Part shown: positions 48,881-62,009 of the stretch, piece after piece
Layout: every line of letters begins with the position of its first letter
Numbering within the stretch: the first letter of the stretch is position 1
Source: Stegostoma tigrinum
Taxonomy: Eukaryota
Length of the DNA: 64,000 nt
NCBI RefSeq assembly: GCF_030684315.1
Contig: NC_081375.1
Location: 37,757,828 to 37,821,827 of the forward strand
Direction of reading: 5' to 3'
Translations under genes and position numbers: made by a program
Notes under the pieces: generated by a model
What the model was told of the DNA's origin: nothing
The model's database searches: none
The model's input: the letters and a program-made list of their open reading frames with translations, nothing else

Positions 48881-51429
48881 ACTGAACCCTCAAATTGGAT
48901 AAGGTCACCTTGGAAGAAGGAGCATTGCATTGAAAAGAAAAATTACACATGGCGGCTCAGCAGTAACTTTGTGGAAGTCTTGTATTAACAGTCAATTGGC
49001 TTTAAAACCAGCAGCATTTTGGACACCATTTATGCAGAAACACCACTGCAACCGGATGCCCTGAAAAATAAACCAACCGATGCCCTATACTGGATTTGTT
49101 ATTTTTTTTAAAAAATAAAGAAGCAAAGACAAAACTGTTGTATATGCAGTATGAAGACAAAACAAAATAAAACTTCAAGTTACCACACAATGTGAAATTG
49201 GAATAGCTTAGACTCTCAAAATATAAGAACGCATCTGTGTGTTCAAAAGATTACAAAAGAAATCTAGTCACATAGCTTGATAAGTCATTTTATACTGGTA
49301 TTGGTACAGTGTCTTACATAAAAGAGGAGCCTTTTTCACAAAAGTACAAGATAAAGGTTGTTTCTCTTCAGTCACTTTGGAAATGTGAGGGTGGGGTTTC
49401 ATTAATGTCACTTCCAAACCAAGCCCCCTGATTTACCTCTAAACCATCTTTCTTGTATACTATCTTTCAGCTACAGAATCAGCTACCACATGCAGGCAGC
49501 AGCTTGACTTCGCTCCCATTTCCCACTACCCCATTAATGCCTGTGGTGTAACCTCTGCTACATTGAAACATGTGGAACAGCCAAAATTTCCTCAAATAAA
49601 ACATCAAGTTGAGAAAGCTGATTATGATCTGTCATTTCAATCTTGTTTCTATCCCAGTCACAAGCAGAATCTGAAACTGATCATGTGAACTCGTGTCCTG
49701 TGTGATCTACAGCTAGCTTTAAACTAGTTACTGTAATGATCACCAAGACTGTTTACAATCAAAATGCAATCCTACTCACCTGTACACATCCTTGCGATCA
49801 CCCCTCAACACCAACCTTTAGTCTCACTCCACAATCAAAACCCCTAGCTAATTGGACTATTTGCATAGTTACACGGTTTAAGAGTATTTATCTAGCTTAT
49901 CCTTAAATGGATTTATGCTAAATCAACTCAACGAATCCTCCTGGCAGCAAGTTCCACATTCTAATCTTTCTCTGAATAAAAAAATTCCCCTTGAATTTCC
50001 CATTTAATTACGGAATCCTATGAATAGGACTCCTAGCTTGGGTTATCCTCAGGTTAACCTCCTCTATAATCAATATTTGCAAACTCTTATATAAAAAGCC
50101 TACATCAGGTCATTCCTCAGCCTCCATTTTCCTGGAGAAAAACACTTCCAGCCTATTTAAATTACACTGAAGGATACAATCCTCATGCTGGAATTAGATA
50201 TTCTTCCCCTCCTTTGCTATCGTCTCTATCTCTTTCATGCTATGGAGAGCTAAACTGTTCATAGTACTCCAGGTTTGACAGGAATTTAACATTACTTTTC
50301 AGGTCTATCCCTCAAGAAAGGAACCCAAATGGGCCGAATAACTGCATCACTATCTGCAGCATTTTGTGTATTTCTACCTATAGATTCCTATGCTCATGTA
50401 CCCATTTAGGTACTGTACTTGTTTTCCCCATGAGAATGCGACCTCAAATCTTCCTACCAATACACAGCACCTCATTTTTCTATATTAAAGTTCACTTGCT
50501 AATTATGTGCCCATTTGGCAAGTCCTCCTCTATTTTGTCACATCCTCCTTTGCTTGAACTCCCAGTGTCCTGCGCAACTTTAGTAACCACAATTATTTAA
50601 GAAGTTCAAATCAATACATAAATGGGGGAGAAAACATTCTAACTGATATGTACTGGCCAGTAACACAGCTTCAAAAGTCCAACTTGCAAAGTAAGCCCAA
50701 TTATAGATTAATGCGAACATCACACAGTGGTGAAAGTTACACCTTTAACTTGTAGTAAATCATTAATTTCGGGAAGATCTTTCTTCCCCAGAGAGGCTGC
50801 AACTGCTTAAAATTTACAGTTTGTATGCCATGTCAAAACAAAATGACAAAAGGCAAGGTGATTTTCCATGAAGATTCCATTCAAAAAGCAGCATTATACT
50901 GGAGTATGTAAAAGACTGATTACACCTATTTTACAGCATTACATACACCAGATTAATACCCTCTAATTATGCATAATTTTTAATCATTTACAAATTGGTT
51001 CCTTAAATTATGCAGTGCAGGGATATGTCTAGAAACATTTCCAGATTATAAATTAGTTATCCAATGTCGAAATGAAGGAACAACTGAATACTTTTGCGCA
51101 AGTTAGACATTTGCTTGCATATGACTTCTATAAACAGTTAAACCAATTCAAAACCACTTGAAACTACTGCATTACACCAATTTATCATCAATTGGCAGAA
51201 AAGATTTTGTTGACAAAATACTTCACACTTACAGAAACCACAAAAAGAATTAACTCTTTACTCTAAGAAAATGGTAAAGCATAAAAGACTGTATCATAAA
51301 CTGAAACACTTAAAAATATTAGCAAGACTTCACTGAATGACATTGGCTTCTTCTTTTCCCCTTTATAGTTCTGTACCATTCACAAAAGTGAATAAGCTGA
51401 AAAGTGAGGACAGAAAGGGGGTAAACCAA

Positions 51430-51995
51430 GAGATAGCTAGAACGGTAGATGTTGGAGTCAGAGACAACACAGCAGGCCAGACAGCATCAGAGGAGCAGGA
51501 AAGTTGATGTTTCAGGTTGGGATCCTTCCTCAGAAATGGGGAGGGAGAAGGGAGCTGGGAAATAAATAGAGGAGCAGGGCTGGGGAAGGTAGGTAGGATG
51601 GTGATAGGTGAGTGCAAGGACGAAGTGGTGGGGAATTGGTCAGTAGAATGGGTGGGGAGGATAGGTTTCAGAAGATGGACAGGCTGCATCAGGTCAAGGA
51701 GGGGGTGAGTGAGAGGGAGTGTTGGATATGGGATGAGCCGGTTTTGGAGGGGGGGGGGGGGTGGTGTCCAGGAGATTTTAAAGCTGCCAAATTCCACATT
51801 TTAAGCCATTGGGCAGTGGGCTCCGGAGGCGGAATATGAGGTGCTGCTCCTCCAGTTTGTGGGTGGTATCATTGTGATACTGGAGAAGGCCCAGTATGGA
51901 CATGTTACCCAGGGAGTGGGAGGGAGACTTAAAATGGTTGGTGACTGGAAGGTGTTGACGTTTGTCAAGTATGGAGCGCAGATGCTCTACAAAAG
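51430..51995 (-). mobile_element. Old PLE 3' fragment
   Basis: Diverged reverse complement of the PLE 3' end (..FGSFKIS..); hammerhead-like motif at 51506-51533. Confidence 0.75.
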
Positions 51996-54900
51996 GTCAT
52001 TTCCAACTTTGATCATTTTCAGGACAATTCAGTGGAAGAAAGAATAATATCACTTACTCCAGAGCTATGTTCCTGCCACCAGACCCAAAGAAAGCAATAA
52101 AAAAGGGGAAAATGGAGCTCAGTGGAAACTGCATTCAGAATTATTACATGCAGTACTGACGAGTTTTGGTATTAAGCTTCGCAGTTCATCATCTGTACAT
52201 GATGTTAAAATATTTAAATATCAGACATCACCATGGGAAATAAAGGATTAATGGGAATATCGGCATAATGAAGTATCCTGGATCTTGGTACTGATGTTAT
52301 TATTCTAATTTTGGAACAGAAGGGTATACACCTTTTCCATCAGGATTAGCAGCGGGGCATCCATTTTGCCACATTCTCTTGGCCATCATCTTATTTGAAA
52401 ATTAAGTCAAGATTTATCTAAGGCACAACATGTTTCCGCATTTCAAATCAAACCAAAAGCACATCAACGTCATTGTTTGTTCACCCTACATAAACAAACG
52501 TTTTCAATCCTTTGTACCGAAATTGTAATTATTGCATGGTCTATTGCAATTAATCTTTATAATCTTTCAGCTTTAATCCTCAAGTGCAATAAACTGAACC
52601 ACTCAAACAACTTGCTCAATTCCTCATGTTTTAAAGTAACTATGATCATAAATATGAAAAGTATATCCTTGACCTACATTTAATAGTGAGCTTGTTTTAA
52701 TGCAATGAAAAGCTATAATTAAACAAAACATAATGCATTAACGTCTCAATAACAGGTTATAAACTTGTACAGGTATAGCCTATTGCCATAATGTACACTT
52801 AATACATCCATTTTAACAAGACCTACAAAGGTTAAATGCCAGCTCATTGTAATTGCATATTAAATCCCAAAGATGGTTTTCTCATTTTGAGTCCCAAGAA
52901 TGACAGCTTTCGTTCCAAGTTAACAATGCTGACAAACGGTTAGTATTCTAGGTTAATGGCCTTTCATCAGAACTGGAAGTTGCAGTCTATTAAGTACATT
53001 GCTAACTTTCACTAGTTCTGATAAAAAAAGCAATTAATCCAAAAGATTAATTTTGTTTTGCTCTCCACAGAACTGCTGAGTATTTCAAGCATTGCGTTTT
53101 TATTTCAGACTTCCAGCATCCATGACATCCTACTTTTCTGACATAAATGATGTTCATTAGTTCTTTCCATAACCCTGAGGGTCACTACTGACCAGAAACT
53201 TAACTGAACATGGTTAAATCAGCAAGGCAGAGGTCAGCAAGTAACTCCTCAACTCCCCAAAGCCTTGCTACCGCCTACCAGTAAATAAAATCTATATTCA
53301 CTCCATAACACTTTTTGTGGTTAGAAAGGCACTGATCTTGGTTGTGTGGTAACTCACCCCCTGACTACCAAAGCCTATCCACCATCTAGAAGGCACAAGT
53401 CAGGAGCATGATGGAATGCTTCCTGTTTGCCTGGGTGCAGCTCCGAGAACACTTATGAAGCTTGAAACATTCAAGGATAAAACAACAGGTTGACTGGCAC
53501 CATGTGCCAATTTCTAGAGACACTGCAGAAATTCCCTAAGGCTCCTTACAGCAGCACATTTCATACATACTACTCTTGGTCACTCTAATCCCAGCTCATC
53601 ACTTGCTGAAAAATTCAAACTTGAACATTCCCAGTACATTCCTAGTCATTTCCCCATTTTCTACTTTAAAATCATTATAAACTCTCCTATCCTGTCTTTA
53701 TTCAGGTCAAGTCCACTTCACTCAATCCTACACTTGCAGACCTACATCGCTATCCAATTTAAAGTGCTCGACTTTGTTTATAAATCCTGCCAGAGCTCCC
53801 TCAATCCCAAACTCAAGCTCCAATTATCTGTACCAACCCAATTCTGGCTTGTCAAGCATACCCAATTTACAATTGTGCACCACTGATGGCTGTGTCTTTA
53901 GCTGATGTTCCAAGCTCTGAAATTCTCTGTCTAAACTTTTCCATCACTCTTTCCTCCTAAAACATGCTGGAAAACAAACTTGTGGCCACAAACTGGTTTC
54001 CAATTTGCTTCATACTCCTTCCATTAATTGCTAAAAATTTTAGATAAACAAGCTGAGACAGCCACTGTAAGCAAAACAGTTGGCACAACCCAGAAGCTAA
54101 ATAAAAGTTAATGCAAAGACACAATTTAGAGTCATTTAATTCTTGGTTTTCTTATTTACTTCATCGTACTTCTAGCGAGTTTGAATACGAGTCAAAATCT
54201 GGGACAAATTTTGGTTCAATGTAGTTACTTTCTTGAGGGTGCAGACAAGTAACAAAATTATATATGTGTCAGCATTAAATAGAAAACAGTGGTATATGAG
54301 AGAAACAGAGAAATCAGGCTGTTATAGTATAAAGATTGCATCATTTTTCACCTTTTACCTTAAACTTAACCTAAACCTATCAATACTATTCTACGTAAGA
54401 ACACACAAATCTGGCAATGAGTTCAAAAAACGCAAAATGTTCAATTTGCTATCTTGGTAGTTTGATGTTCAAGAAGCAAAGTGAAAGTGTTATGTGAGCT
54501 TTGGAAAAATCAATTCAACACCACAGTAGGAGGGTGAATACGGTCTTAAACTCTCAAGCTTAAAAAAGGTACAGATTGGATGCAAGTTATATAATTGGGT
54601 GAAGCATTCTTTCCAGGGATCACACCTGAACCCTGCTGTAATCAAGCCATAAGGTCTGCATGTTGTCCACATGCTATTGAGATATCAGAAGTATAAAAGG
54701 ATATAAACAACACAACTTACCAAAGAAGAAAACAGCATTCATATTCTTCAATTAAATAAAATTGAGGCTTCATTCATAATGACAAATCATATGCCAGTGA
54801 TATTGTATCACTTTAGTGCACAAGACCTCCAAATCAAGGACAAATATTTCAACGTTAAGTCCAATTTCACTTCATCCTATCAAAGGTACATTTATTAAAC

Positions 54901-55204
54901 AAGCTTAACAGTCAAAACAACAATTCAACTCCAACTTCAAGAAACAGGATAAACAAAAATACAGTGAAGCCTCCATTATTCACACCACTTATTTGTCTTT
55001 CCAAACACTATCAGAATTTTCATATAGCCAAGTCTGGTTTGAGGAACTAAATTTTACTTGTGTCTAAAGCAACACATTTAACTACTGAATACAAAAACAG
55101 CTGTTATAGGAACAGATTTAGAAAATTAAGATATAAAGACAATCTGCCGTGTTTAAAATGTAAAATGAATTAATTCGATGAGGTACAAAGACCTTCAGGG
55201 TTAT

Positions 55205-56685
55205 CCGAGTCCTTCAGCACAGAGATAGGCCCTTCGGCCCAAACTGGTCCATGCCGAACAAAATGTTGATCTAAGCTAACCCCATTTCCCTGCACTTGGC
55301 CCATATCATTCCAAACCTTTCCTATCCATGCATTTATCCAAAAGCCTTTCAACTGTTGTTAATGCACTCACCTCAACCACTTCTGCTGGTAGCTCATTCC
55401 ACGTGCAAACCACCTTCTGTTTTTTAAAAAAAAGTTGCCCCTCAGTTTCCCATTTATTCTCTCCCCCCTTACTTTGAGCTGATGCGCTCTAGTCCTCAAT
55501 TTTCCCTAACCTTGGGAAAAATACTGTGCATTCACCCAATCCATGCCTCTCATGATCTTACATACTTCCATAAGATTCACCCTCTTCAGTATCCCAAACT
55601 GAAGAAAAAAGTCCTAGCTTATCCAATCTCTCCAACTCAGTCGTCTTTTGAATTCTAGCAACATCCTTGTAAATTTCTTCTGCATGCTTTCCAGTTTAAT
55701 AACATCCTTCCTATAGCAAGATGACCAAAACTGAACATAATACTCCGAGTGCAGCCTCACCAACATCCTGTACAACTGCAACATAACTTCCCAACATCTA
55801 TACTCAGTGCTCTTGACTGACATAGGGCAGTGTGCCAACACCCTTCTTCACGGATAGCAGGAACTGCAGAATCGCTGTGTTCATCCAGCTCTATACCTTT
55901 CTTCACGGCCCTGTCTACCCGAGACTCCACTTTCAGAAACACACACCTGAGCGCCAAGGTCCCCCTGTTCCACTACAGGTGGTGATCTGCCCTTTTTCAA
56001 GGGCTGCAAAGAAAAACCTGGGAACTATTGACCAGTAAACCAGTGATAGATAAGTTACTCGAGTAGATTCTGAGGGATTACACATGCATTTCAAAAGACA
56101 GGGTTTGCTTAGGAGTAGTCAGCATGGCTTTGTACGTGGGAGATCATGCCTCACAAAATTTGTTACAGTTCTTTGAAGTGACCAGGAAGGTTATTGAGGG
56201 CAGGGTGGTAGATATAGTCTGTATGGATTTCAGGAAGGCCTTTGATAAGGTTCCACATGATGGACTGCTCTGGTAGCTTAGATCACATGGAATCCACGGA
56301 GAGCTAGAAAATTGGATACACAAGCTGGCTTGATGGTAGGAAGCAGAGTGTGATTGTGGAAGGATGCTAATCGGACTGAAGGCCTGTCTCTGGTGGTGTG
56401 CCCCGGGTGGCGCTGGATCCATTGCCATTTGTTATCTATTACAATGATTTGGATGACAATGTACAAGGCATGATTTTGTTTGCAGATGACACTAAAATAG
56501 GCAGTATCATGGACAGTAAGGAAGGTTATCGGAAACTGCAGCAGGATCTTGATCAGCTGGGGAATGGGCAGAGAAATGACAAATGGAGTTTAATGCAACA
56601 AAATGAGATGTTGCATTTTGGAAAGTCAAATCAATGTAGGAGTTACATGATGAATGGCAGGGGCCTATGGATTGCAGTGGAAGTC
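55205..56685 (-). mobile_element. CR1 LINE 3' part (55205-55975, minus) with an inverted RT segment (55980-56685, plus)
   Basis: Minus piece: LKVESRVDRAVKK...YRKDVIKLE..tail. Plus piece: FVIYYNDLDDNV..FADDTKIG..LHFGKSN. Confidence 0.8.
55854..55894. mobile_element. 41-bp ends-only Penelope-like footprint
   Basis: Inverted tail ATAGCAGGAACTGCAGA plus direct 3' end GCTGTGTTCATCCAGCTC, flanked by ACC(C/T)TTCTTCACGG at 55840-55853 and 55895-55908, inside a CR1 RT fragment. Confidence 0.75.
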
Positions 56686-56689
56686 TAAT

Positions 56690-58365
56690 TCCATCAAAAT
56701 TTGCCTTACCCCAGTTGAAGAATTTGAACCTGTGGACCAGTTTTGTCCATCTCTATAACTATTTTAAAATTAATAGCACTCTGGGCACTGGTCCCAAAGT
56801 GCCACCTCACTGCCACCTCATTCATCTGCCTCGCCCTATTTCCAAAGGGTTCGTTGGGTTTTGCCCCTTCCTGAGTCAGACCCTCCACATACTGTCTAAC
56901 GAAATTTTCCTGAACACTCAAATTTCACCCAATGTAAACCCATGTCTGTGACAGGGAAAATTAAAATCCCCCTGCTATGACAATTCTTATGCTCTTGCAA
57001 GTCCCCCCAATCTCCCTGCATATTTGTTCCTCTAATTCCCGTTGGCTATTTGGGGACCTATTGTACGATCCCAATAACTTCCCAGCCACTTCTTATTTCT
57101 TAGCTCCACCTAGAAAACCTCACTGGACGATCCCTCAGTTATTTCATCTCTGACTACTGCTGTGATACTGCCCTTAATCAAAACTGCAACACTCACTCAC
57201 CCTTCTTTCCTCCACCTGTCTTGTCTAAAGCACCTGCAGCCTGGCACATTAAGCTGCAAGTCCCTCCCTTAGCCATGTTTCCATAATGGCTATAATAACA
57301 CAGTCCCAGGTACCTATCCACAACCTGAGTTCATTGGCCTTACCTGTCAGCCCTCTTGTATTGAAACACATACAATTTAATCAAACAGGCATTCCTCTCT
57401 GTCATGTTTCAGCCTGATCCATCTCATTCCAGCCACGCACTTGCCTCCCTGTGCCTCCCACGCACCTGCCAAGCTAGTCTAAACCCTCTCTTGTAGCTCC
57501 AAATCTGCCCACCAGAAACTGGTCCCCTCCAGTTCAGATGCAACCCACCCCTCTTGAACAGGCCACCTCTGCCCCAGAAAAGATCCCAATGATCCAAGAA
57601 TTTGAATCCCTGCCACCATACCAATTGTTTATCATTCATTTGCCAAGTCCTCCTGTTCTTACCCTCACTAGCACGTGGCACTGGAGGTAACCTGGAGATT
57701 ACCACTGCCGAGGTGCTAGCTTTTAAAATTTTTTTTCCTAGCTCTCTCACATCACTCTGCAGGGCCTCATCCCTATTTCTACCAGTGTGTACACTGACTT
57801 CTGACTGCTTACCCTACCCCTTGCTGCAACTACTCTGATACATCCTGGACGGCAACACACCATATTGGGATCCTGTTCGCAGCCACAGTCTGTTCCTCTA
57901 ATAATTGAAACTCCTGTCACTATGGTCCTGTTTACCTTTACCCTTTCCCCCTGTGCCCAAGAGCCAGTTGTAGTGCCACTGACCTAGCCACTGCTGCTTT
58001 CCCCCGAATGGTCACCCACCCTCCCAACAGTATCGAAAACAATATACTTATCTTCAAGGGGAATGACGACAGAGGATTCCTGCACTCTCTGCCTACTCCC
58101 TTTGCCTTTCCTGGTGATCACCTAGCTACTCTCTGCCTGCAACTTAGGTGTGACCACTTCATTAAAATTCTTATCTACGATGTCCTCAGCATCTCAGATG
58201 ATCCTGAGTGCAACCAACTCCAGCTCCCCAACATGGTCTCTCAGGAGCTGCAGCTAGGTGAAATTCCCACAGTTGTAATCATTATGGATGATGGAGGTCT
58301 CCCCCCAATCTCCCACATCCTGCAGGAGGAGCATCTCATTGCCCTAACTGCCATCTCAACTGCTC
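56690..58365 (-). mobile_element. CR1 LINE 5' part: ORF1 (Zn finger, SGNH esterase-like) and start of endonuclease
   Basis: ORF 57424-57750 VVISRLPPVPRA..GFKFLDHWDLFWGR..GLHLNWRG is the typical CR1 ORF1 esterase; CSSCRMWE motif near 58330. Confidence 0.75.
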
Positions 58366-59749
58366 AGAGGCTAAAGAGGAAAGTTAAAAGGACTTTACCT
58401 GAGCATACATGTACTGCATGATGAGCTGCTGCTCACCAAAGCCTTTCAAGCCTTATTACACACTCTGCTACCAAATTTTCCAATAGCATGTCTCTCATCA
58501 TTATTGATAGAAAATTCTTGAATTAAAGCCAAGCAAATACCTTATTTTCATGCAAAGTACAAAAGACAACCAAACTTAGTACTTTTGTGACTTTATACTA
58601 TAATTACAGAAAAGTCGTGGCACAAAAGGAGGCCATTTAGTCTATTGTGCCCATTACTAGCTCAGCTAATCCTCCTGGAAATTCAGTTCTAAAGAAATGG
58701 AAGCATTTTGAAAACAAAATTCAGACACAAGCTTTATGTTCTTAATTTGTGCTTTGCAAAGTCCCGGATTTCTTATTGAAAAGTGCCTCAGTTCTTCCAT
58801 GTGAAATATTTAACTTCCCACTACTCATGTTTTTAGGTTCACATCAAATATTTGGTCATTCCACTAAACAAGTCCATAATCATTATCATGCTCTCAGTTC
58901 AGAATACACAAAGGTTTGTACCATTTCCAAATTATGTATTCTGTTGAAAACCTCAATCAATTTACATCATGAAAAGCAATAACTTTGGTATTTGTCCCTG
59001 GAAATCCCCCACAGTATACCTTCCTGTAATAGGTGCGCTTCAGGTCCGTCCATCGCAAATTGCAATACATTAAGTTTAACAAAGCCATCTAAGAAAAAAA
59101 AATCCCAAAAGAAATTTGGCACGTACGATGGCACCAAACAGGAAATGGTTTTGTAAAGTGGAATGCCATGTTGCAAGTTTGTTGGACTTGGTCACCAACA
59201 AACAAACAAACAAAACGCATGGCAACAATTTGTGGCTTTGCAGTGGTTTCCAATGGAATTAAACAGTACTTTGAAAGCAAGTTCCCACACAACTTCAGGA
59301 CACTCGACGGTGCACTTCAGAAAACATCAATACAACTCGTTGCACTGTCACAGCTCTGTAATCAGATCAAAAGCCAAAGGCCAGGTAAAAATTATACTCC
59401 AACTGGAAATAGTCACTCGTGAATTGGTCTTCACTAAAAATAGGCTGACAAGAGTGCTTACAGCGCATTTCAGAAGTTCAATCAGTATTTCCCTAGTTCT
59501 TCCCTCTCACCCAGGGACTGAATGTCTAGCTCATACCACTTAGGTCCTACCCTCTAATTTACGGATTGACAGTCACCTTTTGTCCTGCACGCTTATCTAG
59601 GCACTGTCAGTCCATCCTATTCTCCTTCACAGCCTATCGCAGGCCCCAAGATCTTATCCCATAACCCAATCTTACCTCCTCTCACCCAAGGGTTAGCCAT
59701 TGGAACTACTACATTCAATTCCTCCACTCAGTGGCTGACCCTCTGCTCC

Positions 59750-60760
59750 ATTCCCCCCACTTCCTTACCGAGGGGAGGCCCTTCACCTCAAGGGGTCAAC
59801 ATCCACACCGCACCACGTTCCCCGCTCCCCTCTCCCTCGCTCGTGGTCAGGAACCCTACCACGTCCCCCGCTCCCTACCGCATCCCTTCTCCATGGAGAG
59901 GCTGACAGTCTGTTACATCGCGCTCTGATCGACAGCCAGGCGCGCCAATCGGAGGGGGAGACTGGGTCCTCGCCACCAATCAGGCACCGGGAGGGGTGGG
60001 CCTTACCCAAAGGGCGTCACTTACAGACGGGATATTTTCTACCCTGGGCAGCAGCTTTTGTCCCGGAAACGGCGAGGAACCGCGCCCTCGGACTCTATTT
60101 CGTCCCAGACCTCTCGATAGCGAGATCGATCGTGTAAGCAAACGGGAAGCCAAATGTCATGGACAAGGCGACAGCGGCCGGATACCCCACGACATAAGAG
60201 TACGTGGCAGCTCTGCCGGTAGCGTCCGGAGTTAGATTGGACACTGTACTGATGGGACGAGTGGGAGAAGCGACGTCCAGGCCGACCGGTCTCCTACCTA
60301 TACATTTCCGATACGAAGCCGTTCCTGTTGCCGTTAGTAACTCTTCATCGTCACCACCATCTTTCCACCCTCTCGAAGCCGGCTCAGTCTCTATCACATT
60401 CGGCCCAGCAACAACCACTATCACATCCGGCCCACGCGTCACGTCCGCTCGCGCTTCATTTTTAACGGAGAGCGCAAGCGCAAAGACACGGCCACCCTTT
60501 TTGCATCGGTCTAACGTCACCGCGGCAAATGTCCCACTCCTCGATTTGGCCGTTGCAGCCATGGTACCATCCCCCTACACGTCATTGAAGCCTAGGATCC
60601 GCCCACCACTACACTGCTGGCGGTCGTTCTCCATGACGTAATTGCCACAACTGCCGCGCCCCTGAAACGTCATTATCACTGACGTCAATAGGCGTCTGTC
60701 ACAATGATCAGCTGATCTGTCACCGTATTTGGCTCAAAGGGAATTCTCTCTCCCCGTTTG
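59750..60760. promoter_or_regulatory. CpG-rich promoter / non-coding first-exon region of NDEL1
   Basis: Sharp CpG enrichment against an AT-rich, CpG-depleted background, ~12.6 kb upstream of the first coding exon. CCAAT boxes at 59945-59949 and 59976-59980; full CRE TGACGTCA at 60680-60687 plus half-sites. Candidate minus-strand donors at 60024 (gtaagt), 60006 (gtaagg) and 59768 (gtaagg). Confidence 0.75.
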
Positions 60761-60829
60761 GGGAGTCAGTCACTGCTGATGCTTACTTCATTTCCCATAG
60801 TAAAATAAAATATCTTTGTTTACTCGACT

Positions 60830-60985
60830 AAAACTACCCCGTCTTCTCCCCCAGCCCACCCCTTCTCTGTTTATTTCGGATCCCCCTCCCTCCCGCCTAT
60901 TTATGAAGAAGGGTCATGACCCGAACGTCAACTTTCCTGCTGTTCTGATGCTACCTGGCCTGCTACCTGTTGTGTTCTCTCTACA
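60830..60985 (+). mobile_element. Short PLE 3'-end fragment next to the promoter
   Basis: ATGAAGAAGGGTCATGACCCGAACGTCAACTTTCCTGCTGTTCTGATGCTACCTGGCCTGCT matches the PLE terminus. Confidence 0.7.
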
Positions 60986-62009
60986 ACGGTGCTTAAAGTT
61001 TTCTTTTGCCTCCACTACCTTTCGGGAATGCACGCATTGTGCCATTTGTAGATCTGTTGTTTCCGAATGGGTGAAGTTTTTCACTGTGGCACCAACAAGG
61101 CTATCGCCTGTATTGTGTTTTAGATAGCTTCTTTAATGGCCATTGATCGTCCCAAAGTTCTTTACAGTGAAGTGATTTTGCAGTCGTGTTACAATGCACT
61201 CAATCTTGTTATAAACTCTAGAACAATTATAATCTGTCTCTGTGATGTTGGTTGAGTCTTAAATATTGACTAGAATACCAGGTTAACCTGCCTGGGGTAA
61301 TTTGAAACAGTGATTAATAGGTCTACTATTAGAATCAGAGCCAAAGGCACAACCTGAATGAGATTCACCTTAATGGAGCTACAGCTGACACAAAGTGTTC
61401 AATGTTGCAACACGTATTATACTTCAAATCATATAGCATGTTTCATTCCATGTATTTATTAGCTCAATCTAGAGTTAGATATTTTATTCCTCTTTGGGGC
61501 AGCCATGTGTCCCACCTACATAAACCTGAACTCAAACTCCATTGCCCTTAACACAACATATCGCATTGAAACATTATCTGTGCTCTCTGACCTACATTAG
61601 CTCTGTTTCTAGCAATACCTCAGTTTAACATTTTCAACATTCCCTTCAATTTTATCTTTGGCTTTGTCACTTGCTGTGTTTTCTTGTGGAAATGACAAAA
61701 TTGTCAGTGTTTAGTATCATTGCTCTTTTGGAATCTCCCAGACATTCATGATAATATGGGCGTCCTAAGGTCATTTTGAGACAGTCTATGTTCCTCCATA
61801 TGATGTACAGTAAATGTTTGTATAAAACACAAATATGAATTGAAGAGAACTTTAATTGTAATGCAGTTGGTCTCACTGTAAAATTTGCTGGGTGAATAAG
61901 GAAAAATAGTGTTCAATAAATATTTTTCGGGCTTGAGGAAAGCCTGTGGTGGAATTTTACAGGTGTCAGTATTGGGACCCTTGCTTTTCCTGACGTGTAT
62001 TAATGATCT

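Noticed and set aside
6648-55908. Sequence-specific PLE target motif
   Set aside because: The four TSDs (TAGCATCTAGGCT, TGTTTACAATGTGT, AAGTCTGTGCATTG, ACCCTTCTTCACGG) share length but no clear consensus.
60204-60641. Plus-strand 145-aa ORF in the CpG island
   Set aside because: GTG start, low-complexity product antisense to another ORF; expected in GC-rich DNA.
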